From NCBI GenBank assembly GCA_963705505.1, contig CAVPJU010000001.1:128001-192000 (forward strand): a DNA stretch of 64,000 bases, read 5' to 3'. A model generated the notes under the pieces. It did no database searches. It had not been told where the DNA came from and saw nothing but the letters and a program-made list of their open reading frames with translations. The position numbers and the translations under genes are program-made. Shown piece after piece: positions 11,221-21,602 of this stretch; positions within the stretch are counted from its first letter, which is position 1; every line of letters begins with the position of its first letter. Origin of the DNA: an uncultured bacterium. Lineage in GTDB: Bacteria > Desulfobacterota_D > UBA1144 > Nemesobacterales > UBA2774.

Positions 11221-11236
11221 TGGCATATCTCTTGCA
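11221..11236 (+). promoter_or_regulatory. Sigma54 (-24/-12) promoter
   Basis: TGGCATATCTCTTGCA: GG-N10-GC with flanking TGGCA and TTGCA. Confidence 0.7.
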
Positions 11237-11522
11237 CCCACGATAATCAAAGATCGATTTAACAATCGCCATAGGGAGGACTTTTAGGTGGGAGAGTATA
11301 TGTCGGTCTCGAAAGAAACCACACCCGTTCCGGTTATAAAACTCGTTGCTGTAGTTGTAGTACGGGCCTTCCGTTTTTCAACCGGTATGAGGTTTCAGCT
11401 CGGCAATTATTTTACTTGAGTTGTTCGAAATGATGAAAGGAGAGGAATGCTGCCTCGGGTGAGGTGGCGGCAAAAATAAAAATCACAGCTTATAAACTAA
11501 TTTAAAGGAGGATCAGTCAGAA

Positions 11523-12860
11523 ATGAAAAGGTTAACGATGTTCTTGATGATGTTAACACTTTTATTGCCGGTTGCTGCAACCTCTTCATTCGCCCAGGGC
11601 ACGGAGCAGGAGATCCAGCAGCTCAAGCAGATGATAGAGCAGAACAGCAAGCAGAACGATGAGCTCATGAGGAGGATTGAGCAGCTCGAATCTGAGAAAG
11701 CCGCTACTCAGACGAAGATGGACAAATTTATAACGGAGCAGGAAGACAAGAATCTCAAAACCGACGGGCTCATGACTTTTTTTGATGCCATCGACCTCGG
11801 GTTTTATGTAGATACGACTTACCAGTACGTCTTTAACCGCGGCGTTACCAATAGCTTGCAGTTAAGGGCGCTTTATCCGGATAACCAGCAGTTTGCCATA
11901 AACGCCTTTACTATCTCGGTCTCGAAGACCCCAACGATGGAAGGCGGATTGGCGAATTTGCTCGGTTTCAGGGCGGATATACTTTTGGGAGAGCAGGCGG
12001 ATGAACTGGGCGGCGAAGGGTTTAGCAGCGACGTGATCGATCCTTATCAGGCATACCTGCAGGTACTCGCACCGGTCGGGAACGGTATCAATATATTTGC
12101 AGGCCGTTTCGTAACTCTCGCCGGATACGAGGTCATTGAAGCGTGGAAAGACCCGAACATCACACGTTCAATCTTATTCGGGTTTGCAGTTCCGTTTACC
12201 CATACGGGTGTAAGGACTAATTACACAGCGGGACCTATAACCTTCACGGCCGGTCTTAACAACGGATGGGACCAGGTCCAGGATATAAACGGCGATCCGA
12301 CTATAGAAAGCCAGTTAGCTTACAGCTATTCGGGCAGCACGGTATCGAGCGCATGGCTGGGCGTGACCGGATACTTCGGGAAGGAGCCGAGCGGCCTGGG
12401 GTTCGGGGGTAACGGATGGCGCGAGCTGATAACTGCGGTTGGTACGATAACGTTCCTGGAGAAGCTTTCATTTATAGTCGACGCGGACTTCGGATGGCAG
12501 CAGGACGTCGTATTCGACGAGCTGGGCAGCCAGGATAGCGTATCCTGGTGGGGCATAGCGGGTTACATAGTTGCTGACCCTCACCCCGCGGTCAGGCTTG
12601 CCCTCAGAGCCGAGTATTTTGATGACCCGGACGGATACAGAACCGGTCTGGATCAGAAGCTGTTCGAGGTAACGCCGACCTTGATATTAAAGCCTTTCAA
12701 GGGACTCATAGCGGGTAATAAGTACCTCGACAATTTTGAAGCCAGAGCGGAATTCAGATGGGACCACTCGGACGATAACTTCTTCGTGACCGAAAACGAC
12801 GGGCTTAAAAAGGACCAGTACGGCATAATGGGGCAGCTGCTTTACTGGATAAATTTGTAA
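11523..12860 (+). CDS. Outer-membrane beta-barrel porin (BBP2/OmpL-like) with N-terminal coiled coil
   Basis: Signal peptide, coiled coil, GRFVTLAGYEVIE, PFTHTG, GLNNGWD, RAEYFDD, RAEFRWD. Confidence 0.8.
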   Translation: MKRLTMFLMMLTLLLPVAATSSFAQGTEQEIQQLKQMIEQNSKQNDELMRRIEQLESEKAATQTKMDKFITEQEDKNLKTDGLMTFFDAIDLGFYVDTTYQYVFNRGVTNSLQLRALYPDNQQFAINAFTISVSKTPTMEGGLANLLGFRADILLGEQADELGGEGFSSDVIDPYQAYLQVLAPVGNGINIFAGRFVTLAGYEVIEAWKDPNITRSILFGFAVPFTHTGVRTNYTAGPITFTAGLNNGWDQVQDINGDPTIESQLAYSYSGSTVSSAWLGVTGYFGKEPSGLGFGGNGWRELITAVGTITFLEKLSFIVDADFGWQQDVVFDELGSQDSVSWWGIAGYIVADPHPAVRLALRAEYFDDPDGYRTGLDQKLFEVTPTLILKPFKGLIAGNKYLDNFEARAEFRWDHSDDNFFVTENDGLKKDQYGIMGQLLYWINL

Positions 12861-12931
12861 ATGATTTGAATATAAGTTAGAGACTCTGAATAAGAGTACT
12901 CATCTCTCCATATCTCCTTTGTGTGGGCGGG

Positions 12932-12969
12932 GGGAGAACAGCTCAAGGCTTTTGGCTGTTCTCCCTTTT
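12932..12969 (+). terminator. Intrinsic terminator after the porin gene
   Basis: GGGAGAACAGC...GCTGTTCTCCC 11-bp stem followed by TTTT. Confidence 0.7.
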
Positions 12970-13111
12970 GTCTATTTGTGGTTTTTTGAGCCTCCATTAT
13001 CAATAATTTTCTCTCTTGCCTGTAAATTTTTAGTTGGGTAGAATTTAATCCGCTTTTTGGACGGAGTCTTTGATCCGTAATCCTGGTTTCTATTCTGACT
13101 TGCACTAATAT

Positions 13112-13184
<73 letters not shown>

Positions 13185-13583
13185 TTCTTTACTGTTAGTT
13201 GCAATCCATCGCGCACCTCAGCATTTTCGTAGACGCTTTGCCTTAAAGAATAATCAATTAGTGGATTGTAATTTGATGAGGCGCTGGACTGAAAGGAATA
13301 TGACGGACTATCGCCTTGGCAAAGATTTCTTATTCAAACTCACGGAAGGAGACTCGCATTTAGGATCTCTTGTATTCGACCGGGAATCTCCCGAAGTGCC
13401 GAAAGCGCCGCTTTGGCGGTGCCTGTTTCCAATTCTTACTTAGAAGTGGTCGATCAGAGCATTTTTGATAGACAATTGTTATTGCTCTATTTATAATCTT
13501 TGTATCGAAGGAAGACTTCAGTCTAGTCATTGATAAGCTAAAACCGGGGCTGCGTAATAAAATTCTAATAAAGGAGATACAAA

Positions 13584-14036
13584 ATGAAACCATTCATTGC
13601 ATTATTTTTGACTGTTTTTATGTACTTGGTTTATACAGGTCCTGTCTTCGCCCAGAATGTGCCGTCGGGCACCATATCGATAAGCGAGAAAGAATTCGGA
13701 TTTATAATCGGCGGCAGCGAAGGTAGGGGAACGCTCAATTATCAGGGTGCCGAGTACTTTTTCAAGACCAGCGGCATAAAGGTTGGCGGCATGGGCGTGG
13801 CGAAGATAGCGGCGGCAGGTGAGGTTTATAACCTATTTAACCTTTCGCAGTTTCCCGGTACTTATGTGGCTGGAAATTACGGCATAGCGCTTGGGGGAGG
13901 TGCAGGCGGTGTGGTGCTCAAGAATGAAAATGGGGTCCTGCTAAAGCTGCATTCCACCATGGAGGGCATCGACCTCAATGTAGGCGTATCCGGCATCACG
14001 ATCAAACTTGAATCCGCAGCACCGGATCCACAATAA
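13584..14036 (+). CDS. Secreted Gly-rich beta protein, DUF1134/EipA-like (copy 1)
   Basis: Signal peptide; GFIIGGSEGRGTL, GEVYNL, LKNENGV; 134/150 aa identical to 20228..20680 by manual count. Confidence 0.7.
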   Translation: MKPFIALFLTVFMYLVYTGPVFAQNVPSGTISISEKEFGFIIGGSEGRGTLNYQGAEYFFKTSGIKVGGMGVAKIAAAGEVYNLFNLSQFPGTYVAGNYGIALGGGAGGVVLKNENGVLLKLHSTMEGIDLNVGVSGITIKLESAAPDPQ

Positions 14037-14122
14037 AAAATGAATATGAACATCGGGAATAAAATTTTACTACAATGAGGTGACATATTTAGTAGAGGCT
14101 TTAGATAATAGGGAGATGGCGC

Positions 14123-14434
14123 ATGAAGATTGCAATAACAGTGACCGTCGGATTTCTGATGCTCATTATTTTTGTCAGTGACGTGAAGGCTGAGGACTCG
14201 AAGCTTGATCAACCTTATCCGGTTGAACTGCAGGTCGGGGAAATATTTAAAGTCTGTAATTCCGGCATGGTCGTCTGCCCGGTTCTCATGCCCATCTGCG
14301 ATGATACAAATATCATCATGTTGGTTAATACGCCAGACGGGCTTGGATTCAAGGGCGTCGCCCCAGGAACTACTCTTTGCTCGGTGGGTACTACAGTGGG
14401 ACCTCGCCGTCACTTTCGCATAACGGTTCATTGA
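14123..14434 (+). CDS. Hypothetical secreted protein with 4 Cys
   Basis: GGAG RBS, signal peptide ending VKA, 103 aa. Confidence 0.6.
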   Translation: MKIAITVTVGFLMLIIFVSDVKAEDSKLDQPYPVELQVGEIFKVCNSGMVVCPVLMPICDDTNIIMLVNTPDGLGFKGVAPGTTLCSVGTTVGPRRHFRITVH

Positions 14435-14657
14435 ACAGACGCGGAGCATTTCTCGCGGCATGTTGTCATCTTTCATTTATTCTCATAGTTGCTTATCAGT
14501 AGATATTTATCGTTATCTTGAAATATTTAGGATAGACTGTAGTCATAGACCGTTATAGAGTGGATGCAGGGGGCCATTTTTATGCTTTAGATGTTAAAAC
14601 TCAAGTATTAAAGAACCATCTTAAGATTTTCAAATAATCCCTAGGGGGTAAGGCAAG

Positions 14658-16271
14658 ATGTCGGCAAAGAAAAGTACCTTCATTACTGCATTATGTGTTT
14701 TATTGGCTGCACTGGCCTGGGCTGTCAGTCCGGCGGCGGCTCAGGAAAAGAAGCCGAACATCATCGTCATAATGGGCGATGACATCGGCTGGTTCAACAT
14801 AGGCGCATACCATCAGGGCATCATGTCGGGAAGGACGCCCAACCTCGATAAGATTGCTGCTGAGGGCATCCGCTTCACAGATTACTACGCGGAGGCAAGC
14901 TGCACGGCGGGCCGCGCGAATTTCATCACGGGTGAGCTGCCGATCCGTACGGGCCTGACTACCGTCGGGCAGGCAGGCTCTCCTATCGGTATACCGGCGC
15001 AGGCGGTCACGATCGCCACGGCGCTCAAGTCGATGGGTTACGCCACAGGCCAGTTCGGTAAGAACCACCTGGGAGACCTGAATGAGTTCCTTCCTACGGT
15101 GCACGGCTTTGACGAGTTCTTCGGCTACCTCTATCATCTGGACGCGATGGAGGACCCCTGCCACAGGAACTATCCGCAGCAGCTCAGGGACAAGGTGGGC
15201 CCTCGGAACATGGTCCATAGCTGGGCTACCGGCACGGACGACACGACCGTGCAGCCGCGATGGGGGAAAATAGGCAAGCAGAAGATAGAGGACGCGGGTG
15301 AGCTATGTCCCGAACGCATGAAAACCGTGGACAACGAAATACTCGACAATACCATAAAGTTCATGGATAAAGCCCGTAAAGACGGCAAGCCTTTCTTTGT
15401 GTGGCTCAATCCGACCCGTATGCACGTCATGACACACCTTTCCGATAAATACGAAGCGATGCGCACGCCCGAGAACGGCTGGTCGGAGGAGGAAGCCGGG
15501 ATGGCTCAGCTCGACGACATCGTGGGCTCGGTCCTGAAGTACGTCGGGGACAACGGCCTCGATGACAACACGATAATCGTCTTCACAACGGACAACGGCA
15601 CTGAGAACTTCACATGGCCTGACGGAGGTCAGACCCCGTTTGCAGGCGGCAAGGGGACAGCCTTGGAAGGCGGCTTCCGTGTGCCGGCGTTAATCCGCTG
15701 GCCGGGCAAGGTCCCTGCAGGCAAGGTCGAGAACAGCATAATGTCCGGGCTCGACTGGTTCCCGACACTTGTCGCGGCGGCCGGCGACCCGAACATCGCG
15801 GACGAGCTGCTCAAGGGCAAACAACTGGGGGGTCGCAATTACAAGGTACATCTGGACGGTTACAACCAGATGGACCTCATTACGGGCAAGGGGCCATCCA
15901 AACGTAAAGAGATCTTCTATTTCACCGAGAGCACGTTGAGCGCGGTGCGTATCAACGACTTCAAGTATCGCTTCACAGATCAGCCCCAGGGCTGGCTCGG
16001 CGCCACAGTAAAAGTCGATTGGCCGATCCTGACCAATCTTCGTCTGGACCCCTTCGAGAGGACAGGAATGCCAAGCGGCGCGAGCGGGTCGTTAGCTTTC
16101 TACAACTGGTTTGCTTACGAGTTCTGGCGTTTCGTATTCGTGCAGCAGGAGGTGGCCCAGCTCGCGCAAACGGCTATAGATTTTCCGCCTATGCAAAAGG
16201 GAGCGAGCTTCAATCTCGAGGCTGTGAAGGCTCAGATCGATAAGGCCTCGGAATCCAATATGGGCAAATAA
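14658..16271 (+). CDS. Arylsulfatase (Cys-type, formylglycine-dependent)
   Basis: Signal peptide, KPNIIVIMGDDIG, SCTAGRA (CxAxR), FGKNHLGD, TDNG. Confidence 0.92.
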   Translation: MSAKKSTFITALCVLLAALAWAVSPAAAQEKKPNIIVIMGDDIGWFNIGAYHQGIMSGRTPNLDKIAAEGIRFTDYYAEASCTAGRANFITGELPIRTGLTTVGQAGSPIGIPAQAVTIATALKSMGYATGQFGKNHLGDLNEFLPTVHGFDEFFGYLYHLDAMEDPCHRNYPQQLRDKVGPRNMVHSWATGTDDTTVQPRWGKIGKQKIEDAGELCPERMKTVDNEILDNTIKFMDKARKDGKPFFVWLNPTRMHVMTHLSDKYEAMRTPENGWSEEEAGMAQLDDIVGSVLKYVGDNGLDDNTIIVFTTDNGTENFTWPDGGQTPFAGGKGTALEGGFRVPALIRWPGKVPAGKVENSIMSGLDWFPTLVAAAGDPNIADELLKGKQLGGRNYKVHLDGYNQMDLITGKGPSKRKEIFYFTESTLSAVRINDFKYRFTDQPQGWLGATVKVDWPILTNLRLDPFERTGMPSGASGSLAFYNWFAYEFWRFVFVQQEVAQLAQTAIDFPPMQKGASFNLEAVKAQIDKASESNMGK

Positions 16272-16420
16272 GCTTTCTTAAAAGGCGGGCGACTATACAG
16301 ACGACCGCCATGGCTTCCGGCTATACATGGAGAAGGCTCAATTGTATAGTGTGTACGTTCCAAGAGGCAGAAGCGGTCGGTTACAATTAGCCAGCCCTAT
16401 AATCGTTGGGGGCGATTGCC

Positions 16421-17488
16421 ATGAAGAAAATAATAGATAGTAAACGAATAATACGGATAACAGTGCTCATCGAGCGTACCCGGCTCGGACATATGCTGGC
16501 GATCATTCTGGCTATTCTTATGCTATCCGGCGCTTGGGCAAAGGCACAGACTGATCCGCTGCCTTCGTGGAACGACGGGCCGGCGAAGGAGAGCATCGTC
16601 AGGTTCGTCGCCGAGGTCACTAAGGAGGCTGGGCCGAATTACGTCCCGCCTGAGGAACGGATCGCCACTTTCGACCAGGACGGCACCACGTGGGTATCCC
16701 ATCCTCTTTACACGCAGGGTGTGTTCGCACTCGACCGGATTCGCGAGCTCGCTCCGAAGCACCCGGAGTGGAAGAGCGAGGAACCCTTCAAATCGGTCAT
16801 TGCGGGAGACAAAGAGGCGATGGCGAAGTTCGGGGAGTCCGATTGGGAGATTATCATTGCGGCGACACACACCGGGATGAGCACTCAGGATTTCCTCGGG
16901 ATAGTAAAGAAGTGGCTGGCCACCGCGAAGGATCCACGATGGCACCGGCCATACACGGAGCTTGTCTATCGGCCTATGATCGAGGTCATGGATTACTTGC
17001 GGGCAAACGGTTTCAGGACGTACATCGTCACCGGGGGCGGACAGGAGTTCGTAAGGGTCTATAGTCAGCGCGTCTACGGAATACCGCCCGAGCAGGTGGT
17101 TGGGTCGAGCGTCCTGACGAAATACGAATACAGGGACGGCAAGCCCATTCTCTTACGCGAGCCCAAGGTGTTTTTCATCGACGATCACGCGGGAAAGGCG
17201 ATAGGCATTAACCTCTTCATCGGCAAGCGTCCGTACGCCGCGTTCGGCAACTCGACCGGAGACAGGGAGATGCTCGAATGGACGCAGGCGGGCGGCGGAG
17301 CGCGTCTGATGATGCTCGTCTATCACGACGACGCTGTGCGCGAGTACGCATACGGGCCTGCGGGAGGTCTGCCGGACACGCATGTCGGCACGTTCTCTCA
17401 GGCTCTCATGGACGAGGCTAAGAAAAACGGGTGGGTAATCATCAGCATGAAAAATGACTGGAAACGCATCTTTAAATTCGAGGAATAG
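16421..17488 (+). CDS. Secreted HAD-family hydrolase
   Basis: DPLPSWNDG, ATFDQDGT (DxD), IVTGGG, AFGNSTGD, ISMKNDW; start could be 16406-16493. Confidence 0.85.
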   Translation: MKKIIDSKRIIRITVLIERTRLGHMLAIILAILMLSGAWAKAQTDPLPSWNDGPAKESIVRFVAEVTKEAGPNYVPPEERIATFDQDGTTWVSHPLYTQGVFALDRIRELAPKHPEWKSEEPFKSVIAGDKEAMAKFGESDWEIIIAATHTGMSTQDFLGIVKKWLATAKDPRWHRPYTELVYRPMIEVMDYLRANGFRTYIVTGGGQEFVRVYSQRVYGIPPEQVVGSSVLTKYEYRDGKPILLREPKVFFIDDHAGKAIGINLFIGKRPYAAFGNSTGDREMLEWTQAGGGARLMMLVYHDDAVREYAYGPAGGLPDTHVGTFSQALMDEAKKNGWVIISMKNDWKRIFKFEE

Positions 17489-17544
17489 CGCGCCCGTGCC
17501 GAATTTTCGGGAGATGTTCCATGTATTAAGCTTATGATAGAGAA

Positions 17545-19896
17545 ATGAATCTCAGACCAGCCGTCTATTTTATAGTTGCCGCAGTCATCATAGTTGCCCT
17601 CGGATATTTTTACGGTAAGTCCTTTTATTTAAAATCCGATAAGATGGTTAAACCCGTGACCTCGATCATCGAGAATCGGGAATCGGCTCCTCCTCGATTT
17701 GTCGGCGGCAATACATGCGCAGAATGCCATAAGGAGGAGTATGACCTCTGGCTTGGCTCACACCACGACCTCGCTATGCAGAAAGCGGACGATAAAACCG
17801 TCGTCGGCGATTTCAATGACAAAAAATTCGATTATTACGGACAGGAATCCAGATTCTACAAACGAGACGGCAAGTTCATGGTGCGTACGGATGGGCCGGA
17901 CGGTAAGCCCCATGAATACGAAGCAAAGTACACTTTCGGGGTCTATCCGCTCCAGCAGTATCTGATAGAATTTCCGGGCGGCAGGCTTCAGGCGCTAGGC
18001 ATAGCATGGGACAGCCGGCCGGAAGGGGAAGGGGGACAGAAGTGGTTTCACTTGTATCCCGATCAGCAAATTAAATATAACGACGAACTCCACTGGACCG
18101 GAATAAATCAGAACTGGAACTACATGTGTGCTGATTGTCATTCGACCGACTTAAAGAAAAACTACGATCCGGAAACAAACAGCTTCAGCACATCCTGGTC
18201 CGAGATAAACGTTTCGTGTGAGGCTTGTCACGGGCCGGGTTCGAGACACGTCGAATGGGCTAGAAAATCAGACGGGGGCAGAATGTACAATGATGAAAAC
18301 GACGGGCTCATTGTGCATTTTGAAAAATATGACGAAAGCGTCTGGTCGAAGGACCCGGAAACGGGGAACCCCGTGAGGATAAAACCCCTAAGCGGGCACG
18401 GTGAAATAGAGACGTGCGCCCGGTGCCATTCCCGCCGGGGCGTGATATGGGACGAGTCTTTAACCGGCGGTCAGTTTATGGACACATACCTGCCCGTACT
18501 CCTCAATGAGAACCTCTATTACCCGGACGGGCAGATTAAGGAGGAGGTTTACGAATACGGCTCTTTCCTCCAGAGCAGGATGTATCACGAGGGCGTCAGA
18601 TGCACCGACTGCCATAACGCGCACAGTCTGAAATTACGGGCGGAAGGAAACGCGCTCTGCGCCGGGTGCCATCAGGCGGAGAAGTACGACGCTCCCTCCC
18701 ACCACCACCATGCAGCCGGGACTGAAGGAGCGGAGTGTGTCGGATGCCATATGCCCGAGACGACGTATATGGTTATCGACAGACGCCGCGACCACAGCAT
18801 ACGCATCCCGAGGCCCGATCTTACCGTGGAGCTGGGGACGCCCAACGCGTGTAATAAGTGTCACGCGGATAAGGGTGCGGAGTGGGCGAGCGGGAAGATA
18901 AACGAGTGGTACGGACCCGGCCGTCGGGATTATCATGATTATGGAGGGACCCTGAATGCGGGCAGGACTGGTTCTCCGCAGGCCGAGAATATGTTGTCGG
19001 GGCTTGCAGAGAATATGTCGGCTCCCGGCATCGCCCGCGCTACTGCATTTTACGAGCTCCGCCGCTATGTGAGCCCTCAATCGATCAAGATAATCGAACG
19101 GGGTCTTAAGGACCCTGACCCTATGGTTCGTGCGGCATCGGTCGATGCCCTCGAGGGGCTGGCGCCTGCCGAGAGAAAGCATTATTTGTTCCCGTTGCTG
19201 AGCGACCCGGTCCGGGCGGTGAGGATAAAAGCAGCACGGCTGCTCGCCGCTCCGCTGGGAAATGGGCTGACCGCGGAGGAGAGAGAAATAATGGATAAAG
19301 GGATAAGCGAATATGTAGAGTCTCAGCTAGTCAACGCTGAACGTCCCGAATCGCATCTTAACCTCGGAATACTTTACAATGATCTGGGCGAGGCTGATAA
19401 GGCCGAGTCGGAATATAGGAGAGCGATCGAGATCGAGCCTTCTTTTGCGGAGGCGTATGTTAATCTTGCCGACCTCTATCGTATTAAGGGAAATGACGAA
19501 GAAGGCGAGCGCCTCTTGCAGACGGCTATAACCGTCGATCCTCAAAACGCTGGGGCATACCACGCCCTGGGTCTCCTGATGGCTCGCCGGAAGAATATGC
19601 CTCGTGCACTGGAGTCACTTGAAAAGGCGGCGACAATCGATCCGGACGATCCCCGTTACAGTTATGTCTACGCTATAGCGCTAAATTCTGTCGGCAGCCG
19701 GGAAGAAGCCATTGAAGTGCTGGACGGCGCTTATAAAAACCATCCCTATGACAGGGAAATCCTGTATGCTCTCGCGACGATTAACCGTGATGCGGGAAAT
19801 TTGGAGGAAGCGAGGATCTATTCCCGGAAACTTATTGAGCTTGATCCCGCGAATCCGGATTTTAGAAGCCTGTTCGACTCTCTCAGTGAGCATTAG
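17545..19896 (+). CDS. Membrane-anchored multiheme cytochrome c (8 CxxCH) with HEAT and TPR repeats
   Basis: CAECH, CADCH, CEACH, CARCH, CTDCH, CAGCH, CVGCH, CNKCH; DPDPMVR HEAT-like repeats; C-terminal TPRs. Confidence 0.9.
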   Translation: MNLRPAVYFIVAAVIIVALGYFYGKSFYLKSDKMVKPVTSIIENRESAPPRFVGGNTCAECHKEEYDLWLGSHHDLAMQKADDKTVVGDFNDKKFDYYGQESRFYKRDGKFMVRTDGPDGKPHEYEAKYTFGVYPLQQYLIEFPGGRLQALGIAWDSRPEGEGGQKWFHLYPDQQIKYNDELHWTGINQNWNYMCADCHSTDLKKNYDPETNSFSTSWSEINVSCEACHGPGSRHVEWARKSDGGRMYNDENDGLIVHFEKYDESVWSKDPETGNPVRIKPLSGHGEIETCARCHSRRGVIWDESLTGGQFMDTYLPVLLNENLYYPDGQIKEEVYEYGSFLQSRMYHEGVRCTDCHNAHSLKLRAEGNALCAGCHQAEKYDAPSHHHHAAGTEGAECVGCHMPETTYMVIDRRRDHSIRIPRPDLTVELGTPNACNKCHADKGAEWASGKINEWYGPGRRDYHDYGGTLNAGRTGSPQAENMLSGLAENMSAPGIARATAFYELRRYVSPQSIKIIERGLKDPDPMVRAASVDALEGLAPAERKHYLFPLLSDPVRAVRIKAARLLAAPLGNGLTAEEREIMDKGISEYVESQLVNAERPESHLNLGILYNDLGEADKAESEYRRAIEIEPSFAEAYVNLADLYRIKGNDEEGERLLQTAITVDPQNAGAYHALGLLMARRKNMPRALESLEKAATIDPDDPRYSYVYAIALNSVGSREEAIEVLDGAYKNHPYDREILYALATINRDAGNLEEARIYSRKLIELDPANPDFRSLFDSLSEH

Positions 19897-20227
19897 TGCA
19901 GCGTGATTGTTTTAGATGCAAATGTACGGTTTGATATTCGCGCCAGACGTAGGGTTTCCGGTACTATCCTGGGTAGGATAGTGAAACAGTTTGTTTGTCT
20001 CGATTTGTTCTATCGTGATCTGACTATTGAGAATATCGTATGAATGTTGTTCTATGCCAGTCATTATTAATTATCAATTATCGGTTTTGTAAAAAATGGA
20101 TAGACATTTATGAAAAACTATTCAAGATTATAATGTATGTATAATTAAGTCGTGGAATTTGTATATTTAAAATAATTGTGCTTTATCAGAAAGTTATACT
20201 GACTAAATCCGAACGGGGGGATATGAT

Positions 20228-20680
20228 ATGAAATTATCGTTTGCGTTGTTTTTGACTGTTCTAATGTACTTGGTTTATACAGGTCCTGTCGTCGCCCAGA
20301 ACATGCCGTCGGGCACCATAACGATCAACGAGAAAGAATTCGGATTTATAATCGGCGGCAGCGAAGGGAGGGGGACGCTCAATTTTCAGGGGGCCGAGTA
20401 CTTTTTCAAGACCAGCGGCATAAAGGTTGGCGGCATTGGCGCGGCGAAGATAGCGGCGGCCGGGGAGGTCTATAACCTGCTCAACCTTTCGCAGTTCCCG
20501 GGCACATACGTCGCAGGTAATTACGGTATCGCACTGGGGGGCGGCGCGGGCGGGGTGGTGCTCAAGAACGAGAACGGAGTCCTGCTCAAACTGCACTCCA
20601 CGATGGAGGGTGTGGACCTCAATGTCGGAGTGTCGGGAATAACGATCAAGCTCGAAGCCGCCATGCCTGATCCGGAATAA
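20228..20680 (+). CDS. Secreted Gly-rich beta protein, DUF1134/EipA-like (copy 2)
   Basis: Paralog of 13584..14036. Confidence 0.7.
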   Translation: MKLSFALFLTVLMYLVYTGPVVAQNMPSGTITINEKEFGFIIGGSEGRGTLNFQGAEYFFKTSGIKVGGIGAAKIAAAGEVYNLLNLSQFPGTYVAGNYGIALGGGAGGVVLKNENGVLLKLHSTMEGVDLNVGVSGITIKLEAAMPDPE

Positions 20681-20735
20681 CGATGGAATCAGAGACGTAT
20701 GCCGCATATGCGAGGAAAGAAAGGAGCATGGTGTC

Positions 20736-21602
20736 ATGAATAAGAAAAGACAGAGGTTGCTTTTCCTGATCGTTTTGTTTATCTCTCTGGGCTTCGTCGG
20801 AGCTTCGGGGCATAAGATAGTGCGGAGCATTCCGGGTGCTCTCGCGTATGAAACAGGCGCCGATAAAAAAACGGCTGCCGAGGTGAAACCGAAGGCGGCA
20901 CCGGCAACACCCGCCGTTGACCCCAAAGTAGCTGAGCTTCTCCGGAAGATGGGCGACCTGATCAAAAACTCGAAGGAGTATAGTTTTCACGCCGAGATTC
21001 TCTATGACGACACTCTCCCTTCGGGGCAGAAGCTCCAGTTCGCAGCCGCTCAGGATGTATCCGTAAAAAGACCCGACGAGGTATTTGCCCAATATATGAG
21101 CGATGTCGAAGGGAGGGAATTCTGGTACGACGGAAAAAGCTTTACGCTGCTGGATAAAACGAAAAATTTATACTCGACCGCAAAAGCCGCGCCGACAATC
21201 GACGGTACGCTCGAAGAGATCATGAGCACATACGGCTATACTCCGGCTCTTAGTGATTTTCTTTACAGCGATCCTTACAAGACACTCATGAAGAACGTGC
21301 TTTCCGGCTTTTACGTCGGCCCGGGAGACGTGAACGGAACGGACTGTTATCATCTGGCTTTTGTCGAGAAGTACATAGACTGGCAGATATGGATAGAGAC
21401 GGGGGATAAACCGCTCGTCAGGAAGGTTATAATTACTTACAAAACGGTCCCCGAATCCCCTCAGTATATGGCGGTGTTCTCGGATTGGAAATTTGATATA
21501 TCTTTGCCCGACAAACTCTTTGTGCCCGAGATCCCCGCAGGCGCCAAAGAGATAGATATGATGGTCCTGAAAAATGTCAGCGCAAAAGGAGAACGGAAAT
21601 GA
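20736..21602 (+). CDS. DUF2092 family periplasmic protein (LolA-like)
   Basis: GQKLQF, FWYDGKSFTL, DCYHLAF, DWQIWIETGDKPL, PQY. Confidence 0.8.
   Translation: MNKKRQRLLFLIVLFISLGFVGASGHKIVRSIPGALAYETGADKKTAAEVKPKAAPATPAVDPKVAELLRKMGDLIKNSKEYSFHAEILYDDTLPSGQKLQFAAAQDVSVKRPDEVFAQYMSDVEGREFWYDGKSFTLLDKTKNLYSTAKAAPTIDGTLEEIMSTYGYTPALSDFLYSDPYKTLMKNVLSGFYVGPGDVNGTDCYHLAFVEKYIDWQIWIETGDKPLVRKVIITYKTVPESPQYMAVFSDWKFDISLPDKLFVPEIPAGAKEIDMMVLKNVSAKGERK

Noticed and set aside
13200..13580. Integrase remnant next to tRNA-Phe
   Set aside because: The short ORFs there show no tyrosine or serine recombinase motifs.
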